Shown: in pieces, positions 10,921 to 22,789 of the stretch
Position numbering within the stretch: the stretch's first letter is position 1
Layout of the letters: each line of letters starts with the position of its first letter
DNA from: Hemiscyllium ocellatum
Taxonomy: Eukaryota
Assembly: GCF_020745735.1 (NCBI RefSeq)
Contig: NC_083409.1
Location: 11,286,820 to 11,335,620, forward strand
Direction of reading: 5' to 3'
DNA length: 48,801 nucleotides
Made by a program: the position numbers and the translations under genes
The notes under the pieces: generated by a model
The model's input: only the letters and a program-made list of their open reading frames with translations
Databases searched by the model: none
What the model was told of the DNA's origin: nothing

Positions 10921-13539
10921 GAGAGAGAGCGCTTGCCCTGCTGCTGAGGATTATGGGTAAAGTCCCGTTCCATTCGCGCCCACACAAACCAGCAGCCACT
11001 TCAGCTGCTTTATTGAAAATCACAAGCTTTCAGGGGGCTGCTCTTTCAACGGTGGAACTGGACTTAATACATCAGTTGAGGCCAAACCAACTTGTCATAT
11101 AGCTGAGCATATCTTCCTGGCTTTTAGAGACACACAATTATACGAATTAGGGACAGATGAAGGAGATTCATCCTCTTGATCCTGTTCCACATGGCGGATC
11201 TGATTATTCCACATTCTTGCCTAACTCTGATAGATTACTGATAAGCAAGGGATGAAAGGCTGTCTAATTCTTCATTACAACTATTCAGAGATTTCAGTTG
11301 ACTATTTGAAAAAGAGTTTCAAAGACCTATGACTGTATACAAGACAAAGAATTCTGCTTTTCTCATTCTTAAAAGTGGGAACTTATTTTAGTTTTGTATT
11401 ACCTCTGAAAACGTAACATTTTTTTCACATCCAGACTGTATTCTATGCTAATGTTGATATGGCATCTGCTTTATCAGCTGCTCTCTCATGAAAACAGCTG
11501 CCTGTACAGACACCTTCAGTGACTAATGCACATAAGCATCCAGGTCCTTCTGCCCCTACAGCTATCCATATTTGGATCCTTTAGTTTGATTTGTCTCACC
11601 ACATTTTCCATCCAAAATAAATCACCGACATCTCTTTCCATTAAATTGTATCTGCAATCATCTGCTCATTCAATTATCTTACCGACATCCTTTTTGAAGT
11701 TCGACACTATCTTCTTCATAAGCCGCAATACTTCAAAGTTTTATATCATCAGAAAACTTTGAAATTATGCCTTGTACACTCAGGTTAACATAGATTTATT
11801 GTTAACATTTATTTTAAATAAATTATCATCTGTTTTGACCAAATTCCCCAGTCAGTTCGGCCATGGCTAACCTGGAACACATTCCCCCTTAGTTCTGTAA
11901 ACCTTACTGTCCTGAGCGAATGAACATCGAATCCTGGCCTTGACAGCTTTTCCAATTGCGAGTACCGGATTTTCACACTTTTTCAGAAGGAGTTTTTCCT
12001 GAAATCATCCTAATTTTAATTTTAACAACCTTCTTGTTCTGAACTCTGGCACTGGAGAAAACAGTTTACATCAACACTGTTAATCATTTCCAGAGGAAAA
12101 GCCTCACTTATGCAACCTGTTTGTTCTCATTAACAGTTTCAGGTCTTAAGGTGACATGACAGGCTGGATACTGAGAAGATGGTTCCTGTTGTAGGGCAGA
12201 CAAGAACTAGAGGGTCAATTTAACTCAAAGCAGTCTCCCGTTTAAAACCAGGAAGTTTTGTTTTGATGGCTGAGAGTTGACAGTCTGTGGAATTCTCTTC
12301 TCTACATGGGAATGGAGGTTGGGTCATTGAGTTTACTCAAGGTTGAGGTAGACAGATTTTTGATGAACATGGCAGTTAAGTGTAATGGGAGAATTGGGGG
12401 AAGCAGAAAGTGCAGCTGAGACCACACCCAGATGAGCAGTGATCTTCTTCATTGGCACAGCAGCTCCCAAAAGGCCTGCTCCTGCTCCTGGGCCCTATGT
12501 TCTGGCAGAGGCTGCAGCAATCCTGGACCCCCATCTTTCCTTTGTCACTCACTGACACAAATATAATTTCAAAACAAACATTATTTTCTTTAACAAACCC
12601 AACTCAACTCTCGTTACATTATTTTTCTCAGCTGTCTTCTTATCGCCACACGGTTTTGGAAACATACGTTTTGTCTTCAGTTGGAAGGGAGGCAGACAGA
12701 GACAGAGCGAGGCCTCAGAGAACACAGAGAGCTCTCACTCTGCACAGCAAAGCTTTTTTGGGTGGGGGTGAAGAGGAGAGAATCACGGGGAAAAGAGAAC
12801 TTAGAGTTCAAAATAAAAGCTCTTCACTTAATGAATTAATGTGAGAGGATTGGAGACCCAGAACAATGAGAGTGTGGTGCCTCAGAGGCTAAAAGGCAGA
12901 CATTATTCTTTCTGAGGGCATGAATGCCAGTGATAAGCCTCAAATGTATTGCCCATCTCCAGCTGCTCGGACTGAGTTCTTTGCTGAACCAGATCATGGA
13001 GCCGTTAAGAATTTATTGAGTCAGTGTGAGACTGGAGTCACAAGACTGGGTGATGACTGGGTTCCCTTGCCCAAAGAACATTCATGAACATGACGTTAAG
13101 TTTCATGGCATTTTTTGTTCAGATCCCAATGATGATGTAGACCCCCGTGCAGGACCCCTCGATCTCATGATCGGTCAAAAGAATCACTAGGATTACGGTC
13201 TGGTTAAAGCAAGGTTACTAGTTTAATAAATTAAGGCACCCTGCGCAGATTTGTCCAGCAACACAGAGGTTGAAAGCTTCTGTGTTCCATGGACAAATGG
13301 CACAATTATATGCAAAAATTACACATTATTTATATGTTTTTTAAGAGATAGGACAGCCTTAAGTACAAGCAAAGACCAATCACATATAATAAGTTGACAT
13401 GATTTACAGCAGGTTAATCCAATGATATTTCCTGGGAAAGGGTTCTTAATTACAAGAAAAGTTCGATCAACCATAATAAAGTGATATGATTGCCATCAGG
13501 CCAGTCCAATGATATTCCCTGGGAAACAGATTGTTATAT

Positions 13540-14351
13540 TCAAAGTTTGTGAGAAGTTTTGTAGCTCGGGTGCTCGTTGTTGTGGTTCTGTTCGCCGAGC
13601 TGGGAGTTTTTGTTGCAAACATTTCGTCCCCTTTCTAGGTGACATCTTCAGTGCTTGGGAGCCTCCTGTGAAGCGCTTCTGTGCTGATTCCTCTGGCATT
13701 TATAGTGGTTTGAATATGCCGCTTTTGGTTGTCAGTTGCTGTTCGCTGCAGTGGCCGGCCAAAGGACTGGCCACACTACCATACATCAGGAGCATTTCTG
13801 AACTGACAGCCAGACTGCTGCGACCACTAGGACTCATAACAGCACACAAACCAACAGCCACTCTCAGACAACAACTCACCAGGACAAAGGACCCGATACC
13901 CAGTAGGAGCAAAACCAATGTAGTGTACAAAATCCCATGCAAGGACTGCACAAAACACTACATAGGACAAACAGGAAGACAGCTAACAACCCGCATCCAT
14001 GAACACCAACTAGCCATGAAACGACACGACCAGCTATCCCTAGTCGCCATACTGGGACAACACCACTATTATAGGGCAGGCCAAACAGAGAGCAGCCAGG
14101 GAATTCCTAGAGGCATGGCACTCATCCACAAATTCTATCAACAGACACATCAAACTAGACCCTATATACCGGCCACTGCAGCGGACAGCGACTGACAACT
14201 GGAAGCGGCAGATTCAAACCAGTATAAATGCCGGAGGAATCAGCACAGAAGCGCTTCACAGGAGGCTCCCAAGCACTGAAGATGTCACCTAGAAAGGGGA
14301 CGAAACGTTTGCAACAAAAACTCCCAGCTCGGCGAACAGAACCACAACAAC
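13540..14351 (+). mobile_element. 5'-truncated Penelope (Poseidon-like) element with inverted pLTRs
   Basis: GIY-YIG segment NVVYKIPCKDCTKHYIGQTGRQLTTRIHEH; ~183-bp inverted arms 13576-13758 and 14169-14351; flanking direct repeat aacagattgttatat at 13525-13539 and 14349-14363. Confidence 0.9.
14273..14312 (+). ncRNA. Minimal type I hammerhead ribozyme motif in a Penelope pLTR
   Basis: gca-CTGAAGA-t-GTCacctagaaagggGAC-GAAAC-GTT-tgc: conserved core boxes, stem II, palindromic ACGT stem III, 3-bp stem I. Antisense copy at 13615-13654. Confidence 0.7.
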
Positions 14352-14649
14352 AGATTGTTATATGCACAGAATTACCCCAGGTTTGCTAGTTCAGGATTAG
14401 TTCAAATACCAAATCACTGTCTTATAATTCCTATTCTGAAAAATCCATTGTATTCTCTGAACTTGTATTTAGCTTAACCCAGCAAAGCAGCAGCACAAGC
14501 TCACAAGAGTCAAATCATTACTTTCAGCCATGCTGTTGTGTTATTATAAATTGAAAATCCGTTTTGTTGTTAGTATAAATCTACATATACTTGTTGCTTC
14601 TGACAACAACCTGAATTCAAATTTTAGATCCTCATTCCCCCCTTTGTCA

Positions 14650-16480
14650 TTCTATGACCACACCATAAAGGCATGGATCAAATTAATCCAATCCAATGGC
14701 AGCGAAAGACTGCAATATTTTCTCTTCCTCCGAAGATGAATCAGGGGCGGGCGATGACGCTTCTCATCATCATCTAAGTGGAGAAGAAACGTTCTCTGGG
14801 TGGAGTCAATGTTGTCAATAGAAATTAATATTTTAGCAAGAATACTCTTAACAATAGCAATACCAACAAAAAGACCAACTAAAACAATAGCAGCATACAT
14901 AGCCATATTAATTAGCCAGTTGTACCATGAGCCAAAACCCCAATCTCCCAATCCTGCACCTTCATTCATTTGGTTGACAAAAGTGTGGATGCTATCTATA
15001 TGCCTAGTAATGCTTTTGATGGTCAAAGTGACCACCATGATACACTTTCCTTTGACTATGGTTCAAACTCCACCTTCCTTCACAAGTATGTAATCAAAAG
15101 CATAGTGATTTAGTTGGGTAAAGAGGCACAATTCTGAAAGCATGTCCCTAATTTCTATTAGGGAAGCAGTTGTCTCATTTCATGAAATCATGAGTCCACA
15201 AATGAGATAATTATGGTTTTGATGACTAATAACGCCTGAAGACCCTCCTACAGAAAGAACACTAAGAGCTGCATATGCCAATGAGCGAGTTTATTTTTTG
15301 ATAGAACCCTTGCATCCTTCCATTCAGCACAAAAGTCAGGAGAAACTGAATGTTTAATCAGGGAATTTGAGTCTTGTTGCCAGGTAATTGGACAGGGAAC
15401 AGTAGTTGGAAATAGTGTTTCTACAGCTACATCATGATGTGTACCTGCTCTGTTCAGGACAAGGTAGGTATGCGCCTTATTGTGACCGAAAAAATACTAT
15501 CCAGGTTTAGTATAGATAGTGGAGGGAACTTCCCAATAAGAATCGGGCCTATCTTTCTAACTTCCTGGAGTACCTGTGTAATTCATGATTACATCATTTG
15601 GCCCTGAATGTAAAGGCTGAAAATTATTTAGTTGAATGAGGTGGGTTTCTTGATAAGTGATGTGGTCGATATCCCAGAATAGTTCTACCCATCCAATAAT
15701 TGGGAAAATATTGGTGCCATTAGGGGTATCATAACGAAGGTGGGTGTTGTTACCCACCTTACAAAGGGTTTGAATACCAGTGGTAATAGAGACACATTTC
15801 TCCTTAAGGCATACACATGAGATGCAAGGTCCTTCAAGGAAGCAGTGATGACTGATACATTTAATCATAGTACAGGGGATAATTTTAGGCACTTTTACAT
15901 AAGTGCATCCTCCTCATCCCTGGAAGAATAAAAGGGGTCAAGGAGTCTCTTGCTGAAGTAAGGGCATAACAAACTACTTCATCCTCTCCAAATATTTTAT
16001 TATGGGTTGTTAGAAACATATTGCTAGTGAAGGATAACATCCCCCCTTTGTCTATTTTAACATGATCTATCCCAAAGGGGGCAAGGCTTACCAGGGATGC
16101 CCATTGTACAAATGTAATCAACTGGCACACAACACCTTTACAGGGTAAAGACCATTTAGACTTGTTCTGTAAATTTACTGTTCAATCTTTTTGATGCAGT
16201 TGACAACTGCAATGGTCATTCTTGGTAACATTCACCTTCTCGGCACACAAGGACATCTTCCTGGCGTCATTGGTACACAGTCTCAGTTTGCTCAGGATCA
16301 CACAGGTAAACTGTCCCTTCTTATGCACCAATGCTGGCAATGGCAAGTCCACACAGCAGGTCAAGTTTGATCTTTATCATCTCCCTCTTGCAAGGTAGGA
16401 GGCCGCGGAGTGTCCATTGTAATAAAATATAAACCGTTTCCTCCTTGTATATACAATATACACATAATCAATTAAAATAG
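14650..16480 (-). pseudogene. env: Retroviral env pseudogene (SU + TM)
   Basis: TM heptad and ISD-like ETTASLIEIRDMLSELCLFTQLNHYAFDYILVKEGGV*TIVKGKC (~15040-15190), then W-rich MPER and membrane span (GDWGFGSWYNWLINMAMYAAIVLVGLFVGIAIV); Cys-rich SU fragments in ORFs 15557-16364(-); stops and frameshifts; 5' limit approximate. Confidence 0.85.
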
Positions 16481-16539
16481 GCAGCAGCAAAGAAGGAACA
16501 CAAACTCATCTCGTAAGAGTCACCCATATTCTGGTTTGA

Positions 16540-17700
16540 GTATTGAGGGAGTACCCTATTTGAGGCCATAATTTGTGCTCTTCAGCAGGCTAAGAGCAAT
16601 TTTGAAATAAAAAATTCTCAAATTAATCAAGTTCAAATAGCCCACTTGAGTAAATATATTGCCCACACTGGCAAAAGGCTCGTTCATTTTAAACTCTGCA
16701 CTCGAGATTCCTTTCCTACCCATTATTTTCTTACTTTATACGGAGGAGCCCAGGCATGGGTGAATTAAGCAAACCTATTTTTTATAAATCCAGCTTTGCT
16801 AGGATGTAATACTCCTCAAAGTTTTGCTACTAAAAACATCAATATTACCTAAAATTTAGATTAGTACTTCAATATGTTGTATTCTCTAAAAAAAATCATA
16901 CATTAACCTTTAGCCCAATCAAATGGCCTGAGCTACAGCTGTAGTTGACAGTATTTAGAATTAAGTGCAGAAACCAGATGGGGATTTTGAGCAGAGAAGT
17001 TGGTGATGAATATTGCATGGAGGGCAATGCTGCCCCCAAATTACGGTAACATGACACAAAGCTTTCAATCCAAACTGACATTTTCTAATATTGAGCTAAC
17101 CCTAAAATTTAGACATTGGTACTGTCTTAAAATTATAAACCATCACTGTTCAGTATCAAATAGTTAAGTGAAGATAATAGCTCAGCCAGACACTCTTTCT
17201 TAGATCTAACAGCCCAATCCAAAGATAAATCAAATTAACCACTGTGCATTCTTATAAGCTCCATACACAAAGCGAAGACATTTAGGCTTAGTGTCTACGT
17301 ATGAAACTAAATCACTTGATAATTCAGTCAGTAGTACCTTGTAATATAAAGTACCTGTAATTATTGCAGAAATGGAAATTTGCAAATTACTTCCAAATTT
17401 CTAAACAATATGGAAAGCAATTCAAACATTGGGAGTTCCATCTGCTATATCTCTATCCCTCAATCACATGCAGAATTTCTTCAACTAACCAGGAAGGTAG
17501 CTTTCCATTCTTTAATTAACAATGAAATAATGCAGCCATGTTTTAAATTAACCATGAGGCAATGGGACAGGTCACTGACAATGTGTAAAGGGATAAAAAC
17601 AAGCGACCCCACCAAATAATTTTGATTTGGGCTAATATAATTGATTATTATAAATATTATAACATATTATTATAAAATAATAAATAAAATAATCATTATC
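16540..17700 (-). mobile_element. Ancient L1-clade LINE remnant (EN/RT traces)
   Basis: Colinear decayed motifs on the minus strand: NYISPN (NVYAPN-like) and GGD-like at ~17600-17660, RP-I-like at ~16925, LHPSKAGFIKNR at ~16780-16815, AFD-x-VEW-like at ~16670. Confidence 0.5.
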
Positions 17701-19459
17701 TGTAATTCAGGGTGGGAACCCAACAAGTGACTAAGATATTTTAAAAACTGTACTCTGTTGCTTTATTCTTCTTATTGAATCATTCTCTTCCCTTTGTACT
17801 TGATATCCTTGCCTCTAGTTTCATTTTAATCTTATTTAACCAATTTATGTTTGTCTAACTTTAAAGCCTGTTCCTAACAATACATTTTGGAATCTTGATT
17901 GTCATAATCTGAAAGTTAGTTTTAGGATTTGAATTTTCAGCTAATCAAAAATTGCAAGAGGAGAATAATTAAATAGGTGATTTGTCTCATTCACTTGTTC
18001 TGGTCACTGTATCATATGGCTGTGAATTGTGGAGCCCGCGAACACCATGGCAATGGGGCAGTGATGCTACAAAAGAAACAGTGATTGATTTACCACCCTG
18101 TTCCTCGATATGTTTGGCTATCCCTATTGTCCAAAGGGTGCAATGCTGGGTGTCAGCAGTGCCTGCTTAAGTCAGCAGGCCTCCTTTTTCATTTGTTAGG
18201 GACACCTAATGATATGGATAGAATTCAGTTTGGATATTGTTTTTGGCGAGAGCACTGAGTGGAGTGGTACCAAGCATACTTTACGCATTACTGAGTGGGG
18301 ATCCAGCTGAAGAAGAGTCCAGAAAAGAAGTTTTCATTTATTTTGTGAACATTGGAGGCTCAACAGAGCTTAGTTCTCTTTGTCTTGTTTTGAGAGCAGA
18401 TCTCCTCTGTGGTGATGGTCATTAGTTTTACAAGATATATCTGAATAACATCCAACATTTTATTTTGGAAATTCATTTATTCAGTATTTAATATTGAAAA
18501 TGCAAAATGTAAACGGTTCCCAACTTTGAAATCCACTATAATTATCTGGCTTTAGTCCCTTAATTTAAATCCAAGATGAGGATTCTTAAGTGGTCCTGAC
18601 CAGTCATTGCCCATTTACAGTACAAAGGTCATGACACAACTGGAGCTGCCTTTAAATGTCTTGTATATTCAAATGAAAAAGAAACTCCCAATGCACGAAT
18701 AATGGCCAAATCCAAAGACACAGATATTAACCATAGGATATTAATTTTGTTAGATGATTTATCACAAGCTAATGTTAAACTGAAACTTCAATTGTCATTG
18801 AGGGAGGGGACTCCCTCAATAAGACTACAACGGTCCTTACCAATAATCACCATTAAAACACAGCAATCTTAAAATTAAGTGGAAATAAATGAGTCTGAAA
18901 CAAAAATAAACCTTATAATGTTGTTTTCCTCCATATTAAACTGATTTGAAATTGAATAAGGTTGTCTTTCATGTCAGGTTAAAAGAGATTGGTTAGAAAC
19001 TGACAGTAGGGCAGTCATGACCTGTTAAAAGAACAGGTGTTAACATTTTATTTCATAACAACTGAAGGGTCCTTAAACTTAAAAGAAATCATGTTAAATT
19101 TCCAAAATGCAAATCAGATTCAAAACAGTCCTGGATCTTGAACTCCAGGGAACAAAGGACAAACATTCAATCACCAACAAACAAATGTGTATTCAAACCG
19201 AATCACAAAGGGTTAATCGTTGTATGAGTTTTAGGGCTTTCTCTGCCTCTCTCTCTACCTCTGTCTCTCACACAGACACACGCACACCATATCTCAGTCT
19301 TTAGTACAGTAGGGCAGTCATGACCTGTAAAAAGAACAGGAGTTAATATTTTATTTCATAATCACTGAGGAATTGATGGCCGGAGTTCATGACCCCGCAC
19401 TGTGTGAAGGTTGGTGTGAAGTGAGGCCAGTGTGTTGGAGCTTGGGCTCCTGCCTCAGG

Positions 19460-20461
19460 ATGGACTGGGGGGAGGGGCGTTGGAAATGCGATAGGTGAAA
19501 GGAGGTCAAGGTGAGGGTGATAGGCGAGAGTGGGGATGGGGGCGGAGAGGTCAGGAAGAAGATTGCAGGTTAGGAAAGCGGTGCTGAGTTCGAGGGATTT
19601 GACTGAGATATATTTCCCTCCCCTCTCTTATCAGCGTTCCGAAAAGACCTCTCCCTCTGTGACTCCCTCGTCAGGTCCACACTCCCCATCAACCCAACCT
19701 CCACTCCCGGGACCTTCTCCTGCAACCACAAGAAATGCAAAACTTGCGCCCACACCTCCCCCCTTTACTTCCCTCCAAGGATCCAAGGGATCCTTCCATA
19801 TCCGCCACAAATTCACCTGCACCTCCACACACATCATTTACTGCATCCGCTGCACCCAATGTGGCCTCCTCTATATAGGGGAGACAGGCCGCCTAATTGC
19901 GGAACGTTTCAGGGAACACCTCTAGGACACCCGGACCAACCAACGCAACCACCCCATGGCTCAACACTTCAACTCCGCCTCCCACTCCACCAAGGACATG
20001 CAGGTCCTTGGACTCCTCCATCGCCAGACCATAGCAACACGACTGTTGGAGGAAGAGCGCCTTCCGCCTAGGAACCCTCCAACCACAAGGGATGAACCTA
20101 GATTTCTCCAGTTTCCTAATTTCTCCTCCCCCCACCTTGTCTCAGTCAAATCCCTCAAACTCAGCACCGCCTTCCTAACCTGCAATCTTCTTCCTGACCT
20201 CTCCGTCCCCACCCCCACTCCCACTCTGGCCTATCACCCTCACCTTGCCCTCCTTCCACCTATCGCATTTCCAACGCTCCTCCCCCAAGTCCCTCCTCCC
20301 TACTTTTTATCTTAGCCTGCTGGACACACTTTCCTCATTCCTGAAAAAGAGCTCATGCCCGAAACGTCGATTCTCCTGCTCCTTAGATTCTGCCTGACCT
20401 GCTGCGCTTTTCCAGCAACACATTTTCAGCTCTGATCTCCAGCATCTGCAGTCCTCACTTC
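19460..20461 (+). mobile_element. 5'-truncated Penelope-like insertion with 13-bp TSD and inverted 5' segment
   Basis: TSD ctcctgcctcagg at 19447-19459 and 20462-20474; GIY-YIG HIIYCIRCTQCGLLYIGETGRLIAERFREHL; 19461-19608 is the reverse complement of 20140-20292; decayed hammerhead at 20341-20368. Confidence 0.92.
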
Positions 20462-21040
20462 CTCCTGCCTCAGGCTCAGGTGTAGGGGCCTGTACAACAA
20501 TCTGCATTTTGTCCTTTTTTTCTTTCTGATCACAGACTTTTTGATATTGTTTAACAAGCTAATGACATACATGCATCAGTGTTGTCTATGGCTGGAAAAA
20601 TTTAACATCATTGTAATCGTTTTTAATGGACACGTTCTCATGATAATACTGTTTTCAATATTTTTCTCTCATGTGTTATCGAGACATTTGCAAATGAGGA
20701 CAGTGCGTCTTCAACACAGAGTGAAGGGCTGGGTGGGTGTTTGAATTCTCATCTCACTATCGTCTAGCATTCAAAGAAAAGGCTGTAGCATTTGCAGCTA
20801 TATTCAAAATGAGATTGCACCCAGGTTTTATAAATGTTATGTTTCAAATTGATTTTTGGAATGCTAATCGGCAATAAAAATATCCTGTTCAGTTTTGTAG
20901 CTCAGTAGTTGTGTTTGTTCCCTGAGATACTGAGAGTTTATACAACACGCCATTTGCCTATGACCCAGTTGTTGGCTGAAGCCTCTGGTTGTTCGGTGAA
21001 TCCAAGCCATTGCCTTGCTCTCTACAGTTATACCATCAAC

Positions 21041-21500
21041 TTGATTTCTCAGTGTGAGCCAGGAGACCACTGCGTGGTGACTTCCTGTTCCACTGTCGGT
21101 GTTTAAAGCAAATGGGAACTGTCGAGGTTAATCCCTTCATGAACATCAGAACATGATATTCAGCTGGAACTACCTCCACTGACTTATTTCTTTGGCCACC
21201 ATCGCAGTAAAGGCAAATCTCTCCCTTTGCCAGCACAAAGAGAAAGTGCCCGTCAGATTCCCTCATGTGTGATGGTTTAGCCCAATAGGAGCAGCACTGG
21301 TAGATCATGCTGTATCAGCCTGGACAGAAACCTGGGCAAGCTCCAAATGAAAGGATGACCTTCAATGGATCTGCTGTGATAGGAAATATGGAATTGGAAT
21401 ACTTGTTAGTGAATCACCTCATCTACTGTGAAAATATAAAACAATCTAATTTCCCAGAAACATACATCACAGCACAGCGAGAAAGTGGGGAACAAGCAAT
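21041..21500 (+). pseudogene. Highly decayed Ig V-segment-like relic (arm B)
   Basis: Octamer-like ATTTGCCT (20952-20959), TTGATTTCTCAG start-like (21041), DIQL-x-x-PP, Cys, QKPGQAP (21325-21345), FNGS, IYC (21421-21429), then an RSS-like signal. Frameshifted; the FR3 match is poor. Confidence 0.45.
21473..21500 (+). promoter_or_regulatory. 12-bp-spacer recombination signal sequence-like element
   Basis: CACAGCG + 12 nt (agaaagtgggga) + ACAAGCAAT against consensus CACAGTG-12-ACAAAAACC; the paralog keeps the 12-nt spacing. Confidence 0.45.
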
Positions 21501-21911
21501 TCCTGATCTCCCCACCCTGAGGAGTGTCACTGTTCCTGTCCCCTCTCTCTCTTTGGGGAGCATCGCAGTTACAGTCCCCTTTCCCTCCCCAGGCGGTCTC
21601 GCTGTTACTGTCTCCTCTCCCGCATTGGGGAGCATTGCTGTTGCTGTTCCCACTCTTTGAGGGGTCTCCCTTTTAATGCTCTCTCTCCCTTGCTGGGAGT
21701 ATCCTTTCTGTCTGAGGATGTTATTGCTTCTCCCTCCCCTCTCAGTTTGGTCAGGCCTGTCTGGGCCCAGAACCAAAGCACAAACTAACTGGAGACAACC
21801 CAGATCAAGTCACAATGAGAGTGTCATTGACCTTCACACTCAATGTTGCCAAAGAGGACATTCTCCCAGAGATTAATGATTCATTCTAGATTTCAAACAA
21901 GAGACTGAGAT

Positions 21912-22476
21912 TGTGAGGGGTGTGGTGGAAAGAATATCCACTACACTAAGAAAATTACCAGGAGATGCAGAAAATTCTTTATGAAGTTAAACTTTTATTT
22001 GCAAATACAAGCTGTGGCAATCAAAAACTATATGTCCTGTCTGCCCACCCTCCTCCTGAAGTCTCTCCAGTTTATACTGTCCTAGTTTCTACACTAATCT
22101 GATCGCATTAGCATAACCAATCATACTAGCTTGCTTTGTCTCTCTAAACTAATCATCATCTGACACACTGGTCTACCGCTTACACTTAACCTATCACATT
22201 GCACCACCATCGTCTTTAGCATAGCTCATCTATCGTGCGATTTAACTAGCCTATCAGAGTGTGCTACCATTATCTGTTACCTGAGCCCTGTAACATGACA
22301 CTATGCATGCATTACTCCACTAAATTAATGACATAACTGCCAAATTAACTTCCATATATTCCATACTAGTTACTTTATTTCCTAGACTAGCAGCCCCAAG
22401 TTTGCACCACTGCATTTATAGTATCTATGAGCTCCTCCAAACAAACGATTGTGCCGGCATATGCATTGTTGCAACA
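21912..22476 (-). mobile_element. Possible solo LTR
   Basis: TG...CA ends, AATAAA on the minus strand (ttttattt ~21995), begins where the duplication match stops; no TSD identified. Confidence 0.3.
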
Positions 22477-22789
22477 AATAGTTTATTCATGTCTTTAATG
22501 GATGGAAACCTGATGTTCTCACCTACTCTGACTTAAAGTGGTTCAGATTCCTTTCTACATCGGTCATCCTTGATTCTGTCAGCAATATCTAATTTGCTAG
22601 ATTCCCGCCCCCCACCCCCCAAAAAAAACCCAAATTCTTTGTTTACCAACAAGAAGGAAACATGGAAAGGTGTTTCATGTTTGATGCTGTTCTGGTGCCT
22701 TCTTTGTGATGAGTTCATGGTTTTTGCATTTGCTAACCTATTTCTACTGTTATTCAGATGGAATTATTCTTCTGGTGGCTGATTCATTT

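Larger units (their letters stand above)
13136..14634 (-). mobile_element. 3' LTR of an endogenous retrovirus (interrupted by a Penelope insertion)
   Basis: On the minus strand: polypurine tract AAAGGGGGGAA (14635-14645) directly before TGAGG..., ATTAAA polyA signal near 13225, ending ...GGGGGTCTACA at 13136. About 680 bp once the insertion is removed. Confidence 0.72.
19369..21900 (+). repeat. Inverted segmental duplication, arm B (paralog of ~8815-10590)
   Basis: See arm A; the match begins at ccggagttcatgaccccgcactgtgtgaagg and ends near atgattcattctagattt. Confidence 0.92.

Noticed and set aside
21700-21900. Second V-FR3-like trace (TFTLN..ED) shared by both duplication arms
   Set aside because: Too few residues, and no YYC or credible RSS.
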